Part shown: one piece after another, positions 24,163 through 37,986 of the stretch | Numbering within the stretch: position 1 is the first letter of the stretch | How the letters are laid out: each line of letters opens with the position of its first letter | NCBI RefSeq assembly: GCF_001194135.2 | Contig: NC_068993.1 | Location: 51,838,264-51,888,696, forward strand | Direction: 5' to 3' | Length of the DNA: 50,433 nt | Origin: Octopus bimaculoides | Taxonomy: Eukaryota | Program-made: the position numbers and the translations under genes | The notes under the pieces: generated by a model | Told to the model about the DNA's origin: nothing | What the model saw: only the letters and a program-made list of their open reading frames with translations | Databases searched by the model: none

Positions 24163-25689
24163 TCTGTGTATGTAAATATGGGTCCACACATATATGATAG
24201 AGCTTACAGATTTTTATATAGAAAGCAGAATAAAAGGGATGAGTGTTGTTCAGTCGGATGTAAGCAATTTGTGTTTATAAAATTTTAGTCAATCGCAGAC
24301 TTCGAGGAACCATGTAGAAATGGTTCAAACAAATGCAGACTTTTGCTTGCGCACAAGTTTAACGAAATTAGCTTCACTGCCAAATTGTTGAGTATAACGA
24401 ATTAATTGATTTCTAAAAGCTGGCATGAAAATAATGTCCAAAATGTGTTCATATACCATTCTACCATTCCCTAATGAACGATAATAATTAGATTCCCACT
24501 TTGACAAATATAATGTCCTTTAATTCTGTTACAGTACACTACACAACTCGTTTTTGGATAACTAACTTGAAATATCAGCGATGACTTGTATATCTATTAT
24601 TGATGCGATGCGGTAGATTTGAACGTGAATATGTTAATATTCATCGCAAAGGAAAAGCTGCTCTCTTGTAACGAAACGCAACAGCAATTAGAATATTCAC
24701 GTTCGAAACAGCAGGCACGTATTAGAAACATTATGGCTTTTGGCGGTTTATTAACTGGAAATGTAAGGTCTTTCTGCGTTTCAATAAACTCAATTTTTTA
24801 ATTCATTGGGATCAAGGAGAACATGTAGAAAACAAACAATAATTTACATAACCATTCTGAACCGATTCGACCATGAATATCTGATCGCTGTTATTTTTCG
24901 TCACCGGAGAACGCCTTCTCTCTTCAAACGATGTATTTTCATACATATGGTATTTCCCGCTTCACTAGTGTAAGGGACTTTGAGATAACGCCATTTAAAA
25001 AAAATCTTGTGTGTCTTCTCAGTCAACGATACCCCAACAGACCTATCATCCTAACGAGAACACGAATCCTTGTTTATAGAAATCAGTCATCAAATTATTA
25101 TTCGAAACTGGCAATAATTCAATGTGAGCACGCAGAACACCGAGAATCCAAACAATATCATATGTATTCGTTCTTAATATGCTGTATCAGATTCGAACGG
25201 GAATACCTAATTGCTATGTCCAACCATTTAAAATATATTCGTCATTCGTGCCCAGCCAGTCTTTCAAATACCATGTATCAAGGACTACATGTTGCAATGT
25301 ACGACTGCAGTGAGATTTAATTAGAGGAACATTTAGAGGTTATTTCTAGCAAATCAAGTATTCGTATAGTAACACTCTGTCTTTGGCACACATGTGTAAA
25401 CTCGTTTGCAAAAGGGCCCTGTCTTTATGAAGGGGTACGGGGTACCTTCGGTGAAATGTTTGCCAAAGTAATTAATTAAATACATCAACACTGTATGGTT
25501 TAGTCTGTGACAAATTGATTAGAGATCGATTGGTGAGTTAAGGGAATTGGAGCTAATAACTAACAACACTAACTAACACCAGTTTTAATGATAGTGAAAG
25601 ATAACAAGATTTAACAACAATAACAACAACAGCAACAACGATTTTGTGACAGTAACAAAAGCATCACGCGGAATAACAGTGCCAACAAT

Positions 25690-25837
25690 AGAAAGTATCA
25701 TCATCAACATTGCAGTCATCGTCATCACCCCCACCGTTGTCGCCGTCATCATCGTTATCATCATCATCATCATCATCATCATCGTCGTCGTCGTCATCGT
25801 CGTCATCAATGTCATCATCGTCATCATCATCACCATC

Positions 25838-25882
<45 letters not shown>

Positions 25883-26004
25883 GTCATCGTCATTTTCGTC
25901 GTCTTCGTCATCATCGTCATCGTCGTCATCATTGTCAACATCGTCATCGTCGTCATCAACATCATCATCATCAGGATCATCATCAGCGTAATCATCATCA
26001 CCAC

Positions 26005-26055
<51 letters not shown>

Positions 26056-26240
26056 TATCACGGTCATCGTCATCGACGTCATCGACATTGTAATCATCGA
26101 CATTGTAATCATCGACATTGTCATCTTCCTCTTACCTCTCCTCTTCGTCCTCCTCTTATCATCATCATAATCATCATCTTCTTTATTATCCTCATTATCC
26201 TCACCGTCAACATCATCATCTTCCGTATCATCATCAGCAG
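25690..26240. repeat. Degenerate (CAT/CGT)n block with embedded 15-bp tandem ATCGACATTGTAATC (~2.7 copies from 26081)
   Basis: Directly visible. Confidence 0.9.
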
Positions 26241-27011
26241 CATCTACATGCGCGAACCTAGCCAAGAATGGACGCCTCACTGGGACTGCTAGAAATAGCA
26301 GCAACAACAGCCGAACTCCGTTCTATTCGCGTACTGCCATCTTCAATAAATGACACATTCTGTGGTTAACAAATATGAGGAGAAGGGGAAGAAAAGTATA
26401 TTGGTAATGGCGGTTGCAGAGGCACTATGGCTAAAAATGTGCCGGCATAGCTATGGCTGTTTGATCGAACGAGATAGATATAGGGTTAAACAACAAAAAT
26501 ACTGCTACAACAACAATAACGCCAACAACAACATCAATAACATCGTCAGCATCATCACTATCAAAAATAGTAATACTGACAACCGATTTCTCCTTAATCC
26601 TAAATACCATATATTCCCCAACCTCGACTCGCCATCCGCCATTTTAATGGACCATTTCCTGTTGAATGTTAAATAAATCTTAAAGCATAGAACCAGTTAA
26701 GTGTATTTCTGTCTAACTTTTCGATTCTTTTGACTCCTGTTAGTCTGGAATATTCGCAGACTTTTCTACCTTGTTTAACAATTGTCAGAACCGTGTTCAA
26801 TCTATTTAGAATTGTTTGTTACATCATAAAACCACAAATACATGTTAGAGAGCTGCTACTGCAAGCAAATTATATGAGATATGACATTTATATATCATAA
26901 TTCGTTTGCAAACTATGTTAAATATGTGGTTATATGCTTATGTATATACATGTGCATGTGTTACGTTATTTATATATATATACATATATTCCTGCAGAAA
27001 TATATTCCTTA

Positions 27012-27049
<38 letters not shown>

Positions 27050-27196
27050 TATATATAAATAATATAGACTACATTATGTTGCATATGTGCGTAAGTATAT
27101 GCATATACATACATTTACATTGCACACATGTATATATGTATATGTATGAGTGTGTTTATATATAGATATGTGTGTGTGTGTGTGTGTGTATGCATG

Positions 27197-27244
<48 letters not shown>

Positions 27245-27489
27245 TATGTCTTCAATACCAATATATATTTATAAATTTCTGTTCAACCGAAAAACATTGG
27301 ATTACCTAGATAAAAATATTATTCGGGCATTTCTGTGATTTATAATAATAACAATAATAATATTAATAATAATAATAACAACAATAACAACAATAATAAT
27401 AATCTTTATTTTTGTTCTTTTTGAATTTATGTCGATGCTTATTTTTATTGATGTCATTATTATCATTATTATTATTATTATTATTATTA

Positions 27490-27527
<38 letters not shown>

Positions 27528-27532
27528 ATTAA

Positions 27533-27578
<46 letters not shown>

Positions 27579-27905
27579 TATTCTGTAGTTTCATGTAAGT
27601 TTTTCACTGTATCTCCAGGTTCACCTAAGTCTTTCTAATTTGTGTTGTTGCACTATTCTAGTTTTGTACATTAGATAAGTGTTTGAGTTAAATCTAATTT
27701 AGTCTTCCATGTTTGTTGTTGTCTTTCGTGTTTTGCCGTGTGAAAGCTTCTATAGTAATTGTACCTTCTATATAGAGCATGTGTTGCGTGTGTGTTGTAA
27801 CGTAGCATTGCGAGGTATTTATATAGAATATGTGTAGTGTTAGCTGCGTTTTGTTATTGGGAAGTAATTACGTAGAGTTCGTGCTACATCCGTTCTGTTA
27901 TAAAA

Positions 27906-28036
27906 GAATTGGCAGAATCGTTAAAGCACTAAGAAAAAGTTACCTGGAATATTTCTCCAGGTTACTTACATTCTGAGTTCAAATCTCGCTTATGTACCAA
28001 ATTTCAGGCCTGTACCTATAGTAGAAAGTTTATTAC
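27906..28036 (+). mobile_element. Internally deleted SINE family B copy
   Basis: Head tggcagaatcgttaaagcac, B-box-like ttctgagttcaaat, tail aaatttcaggcctgtacctatagtagaaag. Confidence 0.75.
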
Positions 28037-28769
28037 CAAAAACAACAAAACCAACAAGTTCGTCTGAGCAAAAGATACTATTTTGATATTGTCATTCATT
28101 TCTTTATTCTTGATGAAGGGATATTAAACTCGAAATATTGAGATAAAATGTAAAGTGTAAACAGTTGTTTTGCGTTTGTTACTTCTGTTTCTAGGCTTGC
28201 TTTTGAATAATTTCAATTTTTACTTAAAGAAAAAAAGCAAACACACTATACTCGCAAACATAAGAAAAAGCATTAACAATCATAGCAAATACGACCATAT
28301 CAACAACAACAACAACAGCATACTCAACTGCAACGACATTATCTACAGCAAAACTGAGTTCAACACCAACAACAATAGCAACAATAATGTTCACAACAGA
28401 ATCAACATCAACGACGACACCACTGACAACAACAACAACAACAAATGCTGTAGTTTAAGTAGTACTGTCCATTTCCCCGTCACCAGAGAGTCGTTAATAC
28501 AACTAAAAGCCTCTTTTCCTCCACCTCCTCCTCTTATCTCTCACTCTCTCGTTTTCACACCTCTCTCTCTCTCTCTCTCTCTCTACCTCTCTCTCTCTCT
28601 CAATAAACAAGATTACCTCCTTCTTGTTGTTATAGTTATTGTCTCAATCATAGATTAAAGCAGTGAAGCCATTATCTTTACGCAATAAAACTGCACAAAA
28701 CTATCCATTGAAAGTAAATCTCGTTTCCTCTAAAACTTCACCTTATCTAAATTTTCTGACCAAATTCAA

Positions 28770-29010
28770 AATGTCGTCGTCATCGTCATCGTCATCGTCG
28801 CCATCATCTGGCGTCAGTAGCAGCAGTCACACTACTACCGCCTCTACCGCCATCATCGTCGTCATCGTTTTCGCCGTCGTCGTCGCCATCGTCGTCGACC
28901 TCTTACGCCTTCTATCCAGCTATTTCTTCTTCTCTCCATCATCATTGCTGACGTTTTTGTTGTCGTCAGTAGCAACAGCGGCAGCGCTATCACCGCTACC
29001 ACCACCATCG

Positions 29011-29047
<37 letters not shown>

Positions 29048-29260
29048 GTCGTCGTCGTCGTCGTCGCCGTCATCAGCGTAGTCGTGATCGCGATCGTCAT
29101 CGTTATCATCATCATCATAATCCCCTTATTATCATCAACAACATCAGCCTGATCCCTATCACCATCATCATCATCAGCAGCAGCAGCAGCAGCGGCGGCA
29201 GTAGCAGCGGCAGCAGTAGCTTCGTCGTCAGCATCACCACCACCACCACCACCACCACAT
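28770..29260. repeat. Compound (CAT/CGT/CAG/CAC)n block
   Basis: Directly visible. Confidence 0.9.
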
Positions 29261-30919
29261 CTACCAAGGAAGATGTTCGCCATTATTTCTAACGGAACAT
29301 ACCTTGGTTATTTGGTCCTAAGGGAGTACCTGGTCAGGTAGTGGAACATCTGCACAACAGATAGAGACATGGGTGCCCTCTGAGTTATATTACCAAACAC
29401 AATCTCTACAATAATGGACCACTAACTTAATTAGACTCTCTCATATATAATACACGCCGAGAAATACACCTACGCACACACCAGCAGACACACACACACA
29501 CCCCTACTCACTCACCCCTGGTCACGCATAGGTGTGCCTTCATGTCGTCAGATGAAATCTAAATTTCCAACGTAACACCTATATTTATAAGGTCAACATC
29601 TTCAATATAAAATATGTGTGTGTATATGTGTATGTGTGTGTCCACTTGTGTATGTATATATGTGTATATGTGTGCGATGAATGATAAGTGTGTGTGCGCA
29701 TGAGTTTGTGTATGTGTATGTAAGTGTGAAACTTGAAATATCAAAACAGAGTGAAAAAAACCTTAACATCTTTAAGAAGGCGTAGAAGAAGGTGGAATTA
29801 ATAGCAGCAGATGTTGCAGGAATATTCAAGTGCAGGAAACAGCAGACATCTATGTCCTTTTTGATTCTTAGTCTCAACCATAATTGATTGTTGTATTCTG
29901 TCTAATATTTAGTTCTGTTTCATATTAAATTAATTTTTGAAAATCGTATATACACGTAAATGTCAAACCATGAAAATGAGTGCTCAACACCACATTGGTG
30001 GATATGATTTCTTTATTAGTGAATTAAGGCTACCATTGGTTTAATGATAAGAAAATTTAGCAAAATATCCTGGTGTCTTAACAATTTTTCAAACCGATTA
30101 CATGCAGAAAGGTGTTCGCCTCCATTTTGGAAAACACAGTCTCGTTTAGTTCACGGGGTTCTCGTGAATTCACATGAATAAAACAATGAAACAATGTTAA
30201 TTTGTTTGCATTATTTTGATTTTGCTCTTGTACTTGTGTGCTGAGGTAGTTCGCTGATGGGGCATATTTCTTCTTCTTCTTCTTCTTCTTCTTCTTCTTC
30301 TTCTTCTTCTTCTTCTTCTTCTTCTTCTTCTTCTTCTTCTTCTTCTTCTTCTTCTTCTTCTTCTTCTTCTTCTTCTTCTNNNNNNNNNNNNNNNNNNNNN
30401 NNNNNNNNNNNNNNNNNNNNNNNNNNNNNNNNNNNNNNNNNNNNNNNNNNNNNNNNNNNNNNNNNNNNNNNNNNNNNNNNNNNNNNNNNNNNNNNNNNNN
30501 NNNNNNNNNNNNNNNNNNNNNNNNNNNNNNNNNNNNNNNNNNNNNNNNNNNNNNNNNNNNNNNNNNNNNNNNNNNNNNNNNNNNNNNNNNNNNNNNNNNN
30601 NNNNNNNNNNNNNNNNNNNNNNNNNNNNNNNNNNNNNNNNNNNNNNNNNNNNNNNNNNNNNNNNNNNNNNNNNNNNNNNNNNNNNNNNNNNNNNNNNNNN
30701 NNNNNNNNNNNNNNNNNNNNNNNNNNNNNNNNNNNNNNNNNNNNNNNNNNNNNNNNNNNNNNNNNNNNNNNNNNNNNNNNNNNNNNNNNNNNNNNNNNNN
30801 NNNNNNNNNNNNNNNNNNNNNNNNNNNNNNNNNNNNNNNNNNNNNNNNNNNNNNNNNTTACATGCATATATATATATCTATATATATATATAAATATATA
30901 TATATATGTGCCAGCAAGT

Positions 30920-31150
30920 AATCTCGCTCGGGACTTTCCAGGATGTCATGCCACTCAGAAATCCTCAGAACTTTCCATGACATCCTCGGAACTTTCCAGG
31001 AAGTCCTCGGAATTTTCCAGGAGGTCCTCGGAAGTCCTTGAAATATTCCATGAAATCCTAGGAAATTTCTAGGCTGTCCTCGGAATTTTCCATGAAAACT
31101 TCGGACCTTACCATGAAACCCTCGGAACTTTCCAGAAACTCCTTCCAATT
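30920..31150. repeat. 21-bp minisatellite (consensus ~TCCTCGGAACTTTCCAGGAAG), ~10 diverged copies
   Basis: Unit starts at 30962, 30983, 31004 and 31025, with further decayed copies. Confidence 0.9.
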
Positions 31151-31157
31151 TTCGGGG

Positions 31158-31245
31158 AAGTATTGGGGTCGATTCGTTCAAATGAAATTCTTCAAGGCAA
31201 TGCCCCAGCATGGACGCAGCCTTATAACTGAAACAAGTAAAATAT
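31158..31245 (+). mobile_element. SINE family A 3' tail
   Basis: ggggtcgattcgttc...ttcaaggcaatgccccagcatggacgcag...actgaaacaagtaaaa. Confidence 0.85.
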
Positions 31246-31717
31246 AATACATAAAATTAGAGTCATCTATGTATGTGTGTTTTTGTGCATACACACACAA
31301 ACATATATATGTATATATATATGTGTGTGTGTGTATGTGTGTGTGTTTATGTATGTATGTATTTGTAAATATATGTATATACACACGAATATACATACAA
31401 TTGTATGTGTGTGATTATATAATGCTGATTCGGCATATTCTAGCTTTGTCACTCCCCCACTTTCCCCTACTCCCTTCTTTCACTTCTTCGCTTTCTTTTC
31501 TCTTCTTTTATCATTCACTCTCACACTTACAACCACTCGTTAGTCAAAGTCGATCGCAAACTTTGCAACTCTGTGTGTCACACTTATGTGTAGAACTCAA
31601 AGAAAAAAAAAAGATTTTTCTTTAGCGAAGACAAATTTCACTTTCGATTTGAAACAACACTAAAAAAATACACAATAACAACAAATATACTGTAAATAAA
31701 AGTTTCTCCTACAAAAA

Positions 31718-31762
<45 letters not shown>

Positions 31763-32454
31763 NNNNNNNNNNNNNNNNNNNNNNNNNNNNNNNNNNNNNN
31801 NNNNNNNNNNNNNNNNNNNNNNNNNNNNNNNNNNNNNNNNNNNNNNNNNNNNNNNNNNNNNNGCCCTCTAGAGTACCTGAACAATACACAAAAGACCACA
31901 GATATTCTATGTTTCAGGAGGCTCGGAGATCCATCATAACGTTGGTAGATGTAGTTCACTATGTATCTGCATTTTTCAAATGTACAGCAAGGATGCGTCT
32001 AAAGATGTTAAAAGAACTAGACAGTTCAAATTGCTTACAAACCTGAATTCAGCACAAAACTCCGATTAGTGTTCGTGTAATTCCCAAATATCTAAGTATG
32101 TGTGTATGTATGTATACATACAAATACACAGATGCATATGAACCTAGGTATTACAATTTCAGTCCGTTTAAGTGAGATACTTAATCAGTGAGAGTGTACA
32201 ATGACTCACTAAGGAAAGGGTGCTATGATTCCATGTGAACTCCTCAAACTATGAAGCATGAACCTCAAATATATTACTTGAATTAGATATGAAATGCTTA
32301 CTGCTAGCTACCTCGTGATAATATGTCAAGATGTTTCGATGACTGTTCGGCCTATCAGCTAGAGTTCAGAAGAGAAATAGTTATTCATTAAGTTAACCAA
32401 TATATAGAAATGGTTGTCACTAATAACAGTAGTTCATATAGAAGCAAGGGTGAC

Positions 32455-32663
32455 TGTACGGTAAGAAGTGTGCTTCTCAGCTGCATGGTTCCGCGTTCAG
32501 TCCCACTGCGTAGCACCTCGGTCCGGCTTTGTGAGTGAATTTGGTCGATGGAAACTGAAAGTGTATATGTTGTGTATGTGTGTGTCTTTGTGCCTTTGGC
32601 TGTCTCCCATCACCGCTTGATAACTGATATTGTGGTGTTTATGTCCCTGTAACTCAGCAGTTC
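32455..32663 (+). mobile_element. SINE family A (tRNA head plus CORE-like body), decayed
   Basis: ggtaagaag...catggttccgcgttcagtcccactgcgtagcacc...tttgtgagtgaatttggt...ggaaactgaaag...caccgcttgataac...cctgtaact. Confidence 0.85.
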
Positions 32664-32980
32664 TTACTTAGCGGAAAGTATATCCATACGCGCACATATA
32701 TAGATTTACATATATACACATAAATATTGGTGTATACAAATTTTTAAGAATATCTACACGTGTACGGTATGTGTGCGTATAATTTGTGACCGATAAGTGT
32801 AAGTCTGTCTTACGCATGTGACACCTTATATGTGTTTGCCTTTGTTAATATGTATTCATGTACGCGCATGATACAGAGTGTATACGTATGTGTGCGTCTG
32901 GGTGTAAATAGGCAAGTATATGCATATAAATATATGCAAGTATATTTTTTCTCTCTTTCTCTCCCCTTCTTTCCCTCTCG

Positions 32981-33015
<35 letters not shown>

Positions 33016-33158
33016 GTCTCCTTGACTTTCTACAGCTTTAAAAGTTCCCAGCTAATGCAGTTACAGAAAGCGATACCTCATGAAACTCCACCAGCACAAT
33101 CATGGCATAACTATTGTCCACCCATTTTCCCTTACCTTGGCAGATTTCATTTATCTCT

Positions 33159-33237
<79 letters not shown>

Positions 33238-33647
33238 TCGCTCTTTCTTTCTTCCTATGTATGTAATGTGTGCGAGTGTGTGCGCGTGCGTAGCGTTTTC
33301 ATTTTTCTTTTTATGCATTCGCGATGGTTTCTAAAATTGAATCATTCCATCATATTTGAACTGTATCTGCAAGCAAAGTCCAAAAAGCTATTTACACAAA
33401 TTTATTGTCACTCTGCATTATATTTATAGTGTGCCTATATTTTGGCAACTTTTTAGTATTTTCCTGCTAATGTTCCGGGCAATATTCTCTAAAAGTACCT
33501 TAAGAGGAGATTTTTAAAAGTGTCCTTTATCTTTTTATCTAGTTAACAAGATGATGGAAAGTGAACGTGAGGAATAAAGATAAAGAGAAAGAGTAATCGA
33601 AGAAAACGATTGAGATAATGACAGATAGACAGAAACGCGCATATATA

Positions 33648-33680
<33 letters not shown>

Positions 33681-34089
33681 ATATATATATATATATATAT
33701 AAAAAACACATATATATATATATATATATCACTTTATCCCTCTCACTCTCTCTCTCCATATATGTGTGTGTTTGTGTGTATATAAACATACATACACACA
33801 CATACACACACACGCATGCCTACATACAGACATAACGAAAATGAGAAATAACAGAGAAAAATAGAGAAATATGTAAGCATGCATGCACGTACATGTACGG
33901 CAGCGCGCGCAGGTGCGTGTATATGTGTGCATCCTTGTATTTATGAATGTATTCGTGTATGTATGTGTGTGTGTGTGTATGTATGTATGAATGTGGATAG
34001 ATGGATAGAGAGATAGAGAGAGAGAAAAGGGGAGAAAGATAGATCGATAGAGAGAGGAGGAGAGAAGAGAGAGAGAAAGGAAGAAGTAG

Positions 34090-34120
<31 letters not shown>

Positions 34121-34227
34121 AACAAACAAAAAGAAGAAAAGAAGAAAGAAAGAAGAAAAAGGAAGAAAGAAAGAAATATGGATACAGAGAGAGAAGGGGA
34201 GAGGGAAATGTGAAAGGATAAAGCAAC

Positions 34228-34286
<59 letters not shown>

Positions 34287-34963
34287 GAGAGAGAGGCAGG
34301 TAGGCAGATAGGCAGGCAGACAGACAGAATGACAGACAGACAGATAAAGAAGCAGTAAAAGGGTTAAAATGAAGAAACCCCTGCTGGTTGTGGGTATCAG
34401 GTGGGAAAGCTATAAATAAAAACTATTTTGATTTCTTTCTTTTTTTTTTCTTCTCTCGAAAAGTTATCGCTGCCCCGAAACATTATCACACATACGCGAT
34501 CGCGCCTATACACACACAAAATCCGCAAACCCGCCCGCGTGCGCTGTCCACACAACGTTTTCTAAAACCTAATGGAGGAAGAAAATATATTTCGTATTTG
34601 TATTGCTATCTCGTTGGAGGAATTATTAAGATAATGGTAAGAGATCATCTGAAAGGTGAAGGTTATATATTATATAGATATCATATTTTTTGTGATAAGC
34701 TCTATCATTGACACATACCGATTGGCCAAACAAACAAACACACACACATACACAGAATCGAAACGTACCAGGATATATTTCCAATGATAATTATACTCTG
34801 AAAGATTTTAGGAAATGAAGAATGTGTAGAAACAAATTTCTTCATGAGTTGCGTTCGCTGAAACAAGTTCGATTCGACTCCAAACTGGATTTCGTTTTAG
34901 TTCCTTGAAGATTTTATTTGGCAAACAAACAAAAATAAAGTATTACAGTCTCAAACATATTAC

Positions 34964-35075
34964 AGGCGCAAGCTTGGTTGAGTGGTTAAGGAGTTTGCTT
35001 TGTAGCCACGAGATTTTGGGTTCAGTTTCAACGAATACTTTGTCAGTGAATTTGGTAGACTGTGCGTATATATAT
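34964..35075 (+). mobile_element. SINE family A 5' half running into (TA)n and a gap
   Basis: ggcgcaagcttggttgagtggttaaggagtttgc...gggttcagttt...gtgaatttggtagac. Confidence 0.75.
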
Positions 35076-35943
35076 NNNNNNNNNNNNNNNNNNNNNNNNN
35101 NNNNNNNNNNNNNNNNNNNNNNNNNNNNNNNNNNNNNNNNNNNNNNNNNNNNNNNNNNNNNNNNNNNNNNNNNNNNNNNNNNNNNNNNNNNNNNNNNNNN
35201 NNNNNNNNNNNNNNNNNNNNNNNNNNNNNNNNNNNNNNNNNNNNNNNNNNNNNNNNNNNNNNNNNNNNNNNNNNNNNNNNNNNNNNNNNNNNNNNNNNNN
35301 NNNNNNNNNNNNNNNNNNNNNNNNNNNNNNNNNNNNNNNNNNNNNNNNNNNNNNNNNNNNNNNNNNNNNNNNNNNNNNNNNNNNNNNNNNNNNNNNNNNN
35401 NNNNNNNNNNNNNNNNNNNNNNNNNNNNNNNNNNNNNNNNNNNNNNNNNNNNNNNNNNNNNNNNNNNNNNNNNNNNNNNNNNNNNNNNNNNNNNNNNNNN
35501 NNNNNNNNNNNNNNNNNNNNNNNNNNNNNNNNNNNNNNNNNNNNNNNNNNNNNNNNNNNNNNNNNNNNNNNNNNNNNNNNNNNNNNNNNNNNNNNNNNNN
35601 NNNNNNNNNNNNNNNNNNNNNNNNNNNNNNNNNNNNNNNNNNNNNNNNNNNNNNNNNNNNNNNNNNNNNNNNNNNNNNNNNNNNNNNNNNNNNNNNNNNN
35701 NNNNNNNNNNNNNNNNNNNNNNNNNNNNNNNNNNNNNNNNNNNNNNNNNNNNNNNNNNNNNNNNNNNNNNNNNNNNNNNNNNNNNNNNNNNNNNNNNNNN
35801 NNNNNNNNNNNNNNNNNNNNNNNNNNNNNNNNNNNNNNNNNNNNNNNNNNNNNNNNNNNNNNNNNNNNNNNNNNNNNNNNNNNNNNNNNNNNNNNNNNNN
35901 NNNNNNNNNNNNNNNNNNNNNNNNNNNNNNNNNNNNNNNNNNN

Positions 35944-36000
<57 letters not shown>

Positions 36001-36004
36001 TATG

Positions 36005-36235
36005 AAGGTCCTTCCCGTCTCATGTTGACAGGTAGGGCCGGTTTCTGTGTCCCGTTTATTCGCTGCTGAACGGGATTCTGATCCGTCACAGGATTACTCC
36101 TTTTTGCCAACTGAGTGAACCAGAGCAACGCGAAATAAAATGTTTTAATAAAGAATACAACGTGTCGCCGGATCCAGGAATCGAACGCACAGTCTTGCGA
36201 TAATGAATCCAACACCCTAAAAACTAAACTACACG
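36005..36235 (-). mobile_element. SINE family C (tRNA-derived), near full length
   Basis: Reverse complement has A/B-box-like tagtttttagggtgttgg...gttcgattcctgg, body gttgctctggttcactcagttggcaaaaa and 3' ccggccct. The same body occurs at 37518-37554. Confidence 0.75.
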
Positions 36236-36289
36236 TTTCTATTAATACATGTGTGTGTGTGTGTGTGTGTATGTGTGTGATTTTACCTA

Positions 36290-36490
36290 AGTTTGTCCTT
36301 CGTCCACTATCACCGTTTAACAACCGTTGTTTGTTTTTTTGCGTCCCAGAAGCCAACAATTCAGCAAAATAATCTGACAGAATAAATACCAAACTTAGAA
36401 TAATTACTGAAGTCGATGTGTTCAGCCCGTCAAGGTGATGCTCCAGTATGGTCGCAGTTCAATGACAGAAATAAGTAAACAACAAAAGCT
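36290..36490 (+). mobile_element. SINE family A 3' half
   Basis: caccgtttaacaaccg...gacagaataaatacc...gtcgat...aaggtgatgctccagtatggtcgcagttcaatgacagaaataagtaaa. Confidence 0.8.
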
Positions 36491-37224
36491 AAAAGACACG
36501 ACTGCCACTTCAAGATTATCTTCGGAATTATCATTCTTCCAAACATGAAAGGAGAACATGTATAAAGATAATGTTATAGCAGAGACAAAGCTGGCGCTGC
36601 AGATGTCATCTTCATTGATCTGTATAGATACCGTCTCAATTTTAGCAAGCTTTTTTTTTCTCTTATATGTCTGAGTAATTTAAGTTGAGAAAAATATTTG
36701 AAAATGACAAGCACTTCGTGTGTGGAGTTAAAGAAACACCATATACATATCTCATATATATCAATAGATAAATGATAGACAATGGAATGAACGACATTCT
36801 TTATGCAAAATCACTACAATTGTTTCAACACTTTTTTATACATGCAGTACATTGGTGAGATGTGTATTGATTATCGGCCATCCAAGGTGTTAAATGTGCC
36901 ACTTCAGGTGATTGGACTGTTTAAATAAGTCCTTCGTTTGAACCTGACGTCGTTCCACTCAGTGTGAGAATGCATTCCCAAAGCGATGTTTCATTTCTAG
37001 TAGTTTACAGAAAAACTAATCCCATAGATATCGTGACAGACACTATACAATTATAATCAAAATACAAAATACAGAAATAAAGAAAGTGGAAAAAACAGGG
37101 TCAGGTTAACTGTAAATTACGATTCTACCTTCATGGTCCGATTACGAGGCAATAAGATTTAATAAATCAAGAATTTACATTGTATCTTGGATATAATTTC
37201 ATTTGTCTATATACAAACATATGT

Positions 37225-37266
<42 letters not shown>

Positions 37267-37517
37267 NNNNNNNNNNNNNNNNNNNNNNNNNNNNNNNNNN
37301 NNNNNNNNNNNNNNNNNNNNNNNNNNNNNNNNNNNNNNNNNNNNNNNNNNNNNNNNNNNNNNNNNNNNNNNNNNNNNNNNNNNNNNNNNNNNNNNNNNNN
37401 NNNNNNNNNNNNNNNNNNNNNNNNNNNNNNNNNNNNNNNNNNNNNNNNNNNNNNNNNNNNNNNNNNNNNNNNNNNNNNNNNNNNNNNNNNNNNNNNNNNN
37501 NNNNNAAATACAGGTAC

Positions 37518-37554
37518 TACTCATTTTTGCCAGCTGAGTGGACTGGAGCAACGT
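37518..37554 (-). mobile_element. SINE family C body fragment
   Basis: tactcatttttgccagctgagtggactggagcaacgt. Confidence 0.7.
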
Positions 37555-37574
37555 CGTATATATGTGTGTATACA

Positions 37575-37986
37575 TCTGTCTGTTTGACCTCCTCCACCGC
37601 TTGAAAGCTAGCGTTGGTTTGCCTACGTAGGGAAATTTAGAATAAGTACCAGGCTTTACAAGTTTAGGAACAGGGGTCGATTCATTTGACTAACCTAATG
37701 TTTCTCAACCTATGGATCCCTTTGACTCTTATTTTACATAAATGAACCTTCCTAGCCAGTCGATGTTTAAAATAAAATTTCATTTTATTTTTTAATTAAA
37801 TATTATCAGGAATTGTATAAAAAAATGTTGTTGAAATATTTTGTGTATTGTAGACGTATAACCAATTTATCGCAGATAATAGACCCCTAAAAGCCATATG
37901 TACCTTGTTTGAGAACCATGGAATAAAACCTTTCAGGATGGTGTCTCAGCATGGCTGCAGTCCAATGATTGAAACAAGTAAAAGAT
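37575..37986 (+). mobile_element. SINE family A 3' half, interrupted by a MITE
   Basis: tagaataagtaccaggc...ggggtcgattcatttgactaa [insert] aaaacctttcaggatggtgtctcagcatggctgcagtccaatgattgaaacaagtaaaagat. Confidence 0.85.
37696..37921. mobile_element. hAT (Charlie-type) MITE
   Basis: Decayed TIRs taatgtttctcaac / tttgagaaccatgg resemble CAGTGGTTCTCAA. Flanks ctaacc / ataaaacc look like a duplicated SINE target. Confidence 0.65.

Noticed and set aside
24931-25320. 129-aa non-repetitive ORF
   Set aside because: No recognisable motif or splice context; likely a chance ORF.
29310-29345. GPKGVPGQ collagen-like triplets before a GT
   Set aside because: Under three Gly-X-Y units and no acceptor site.
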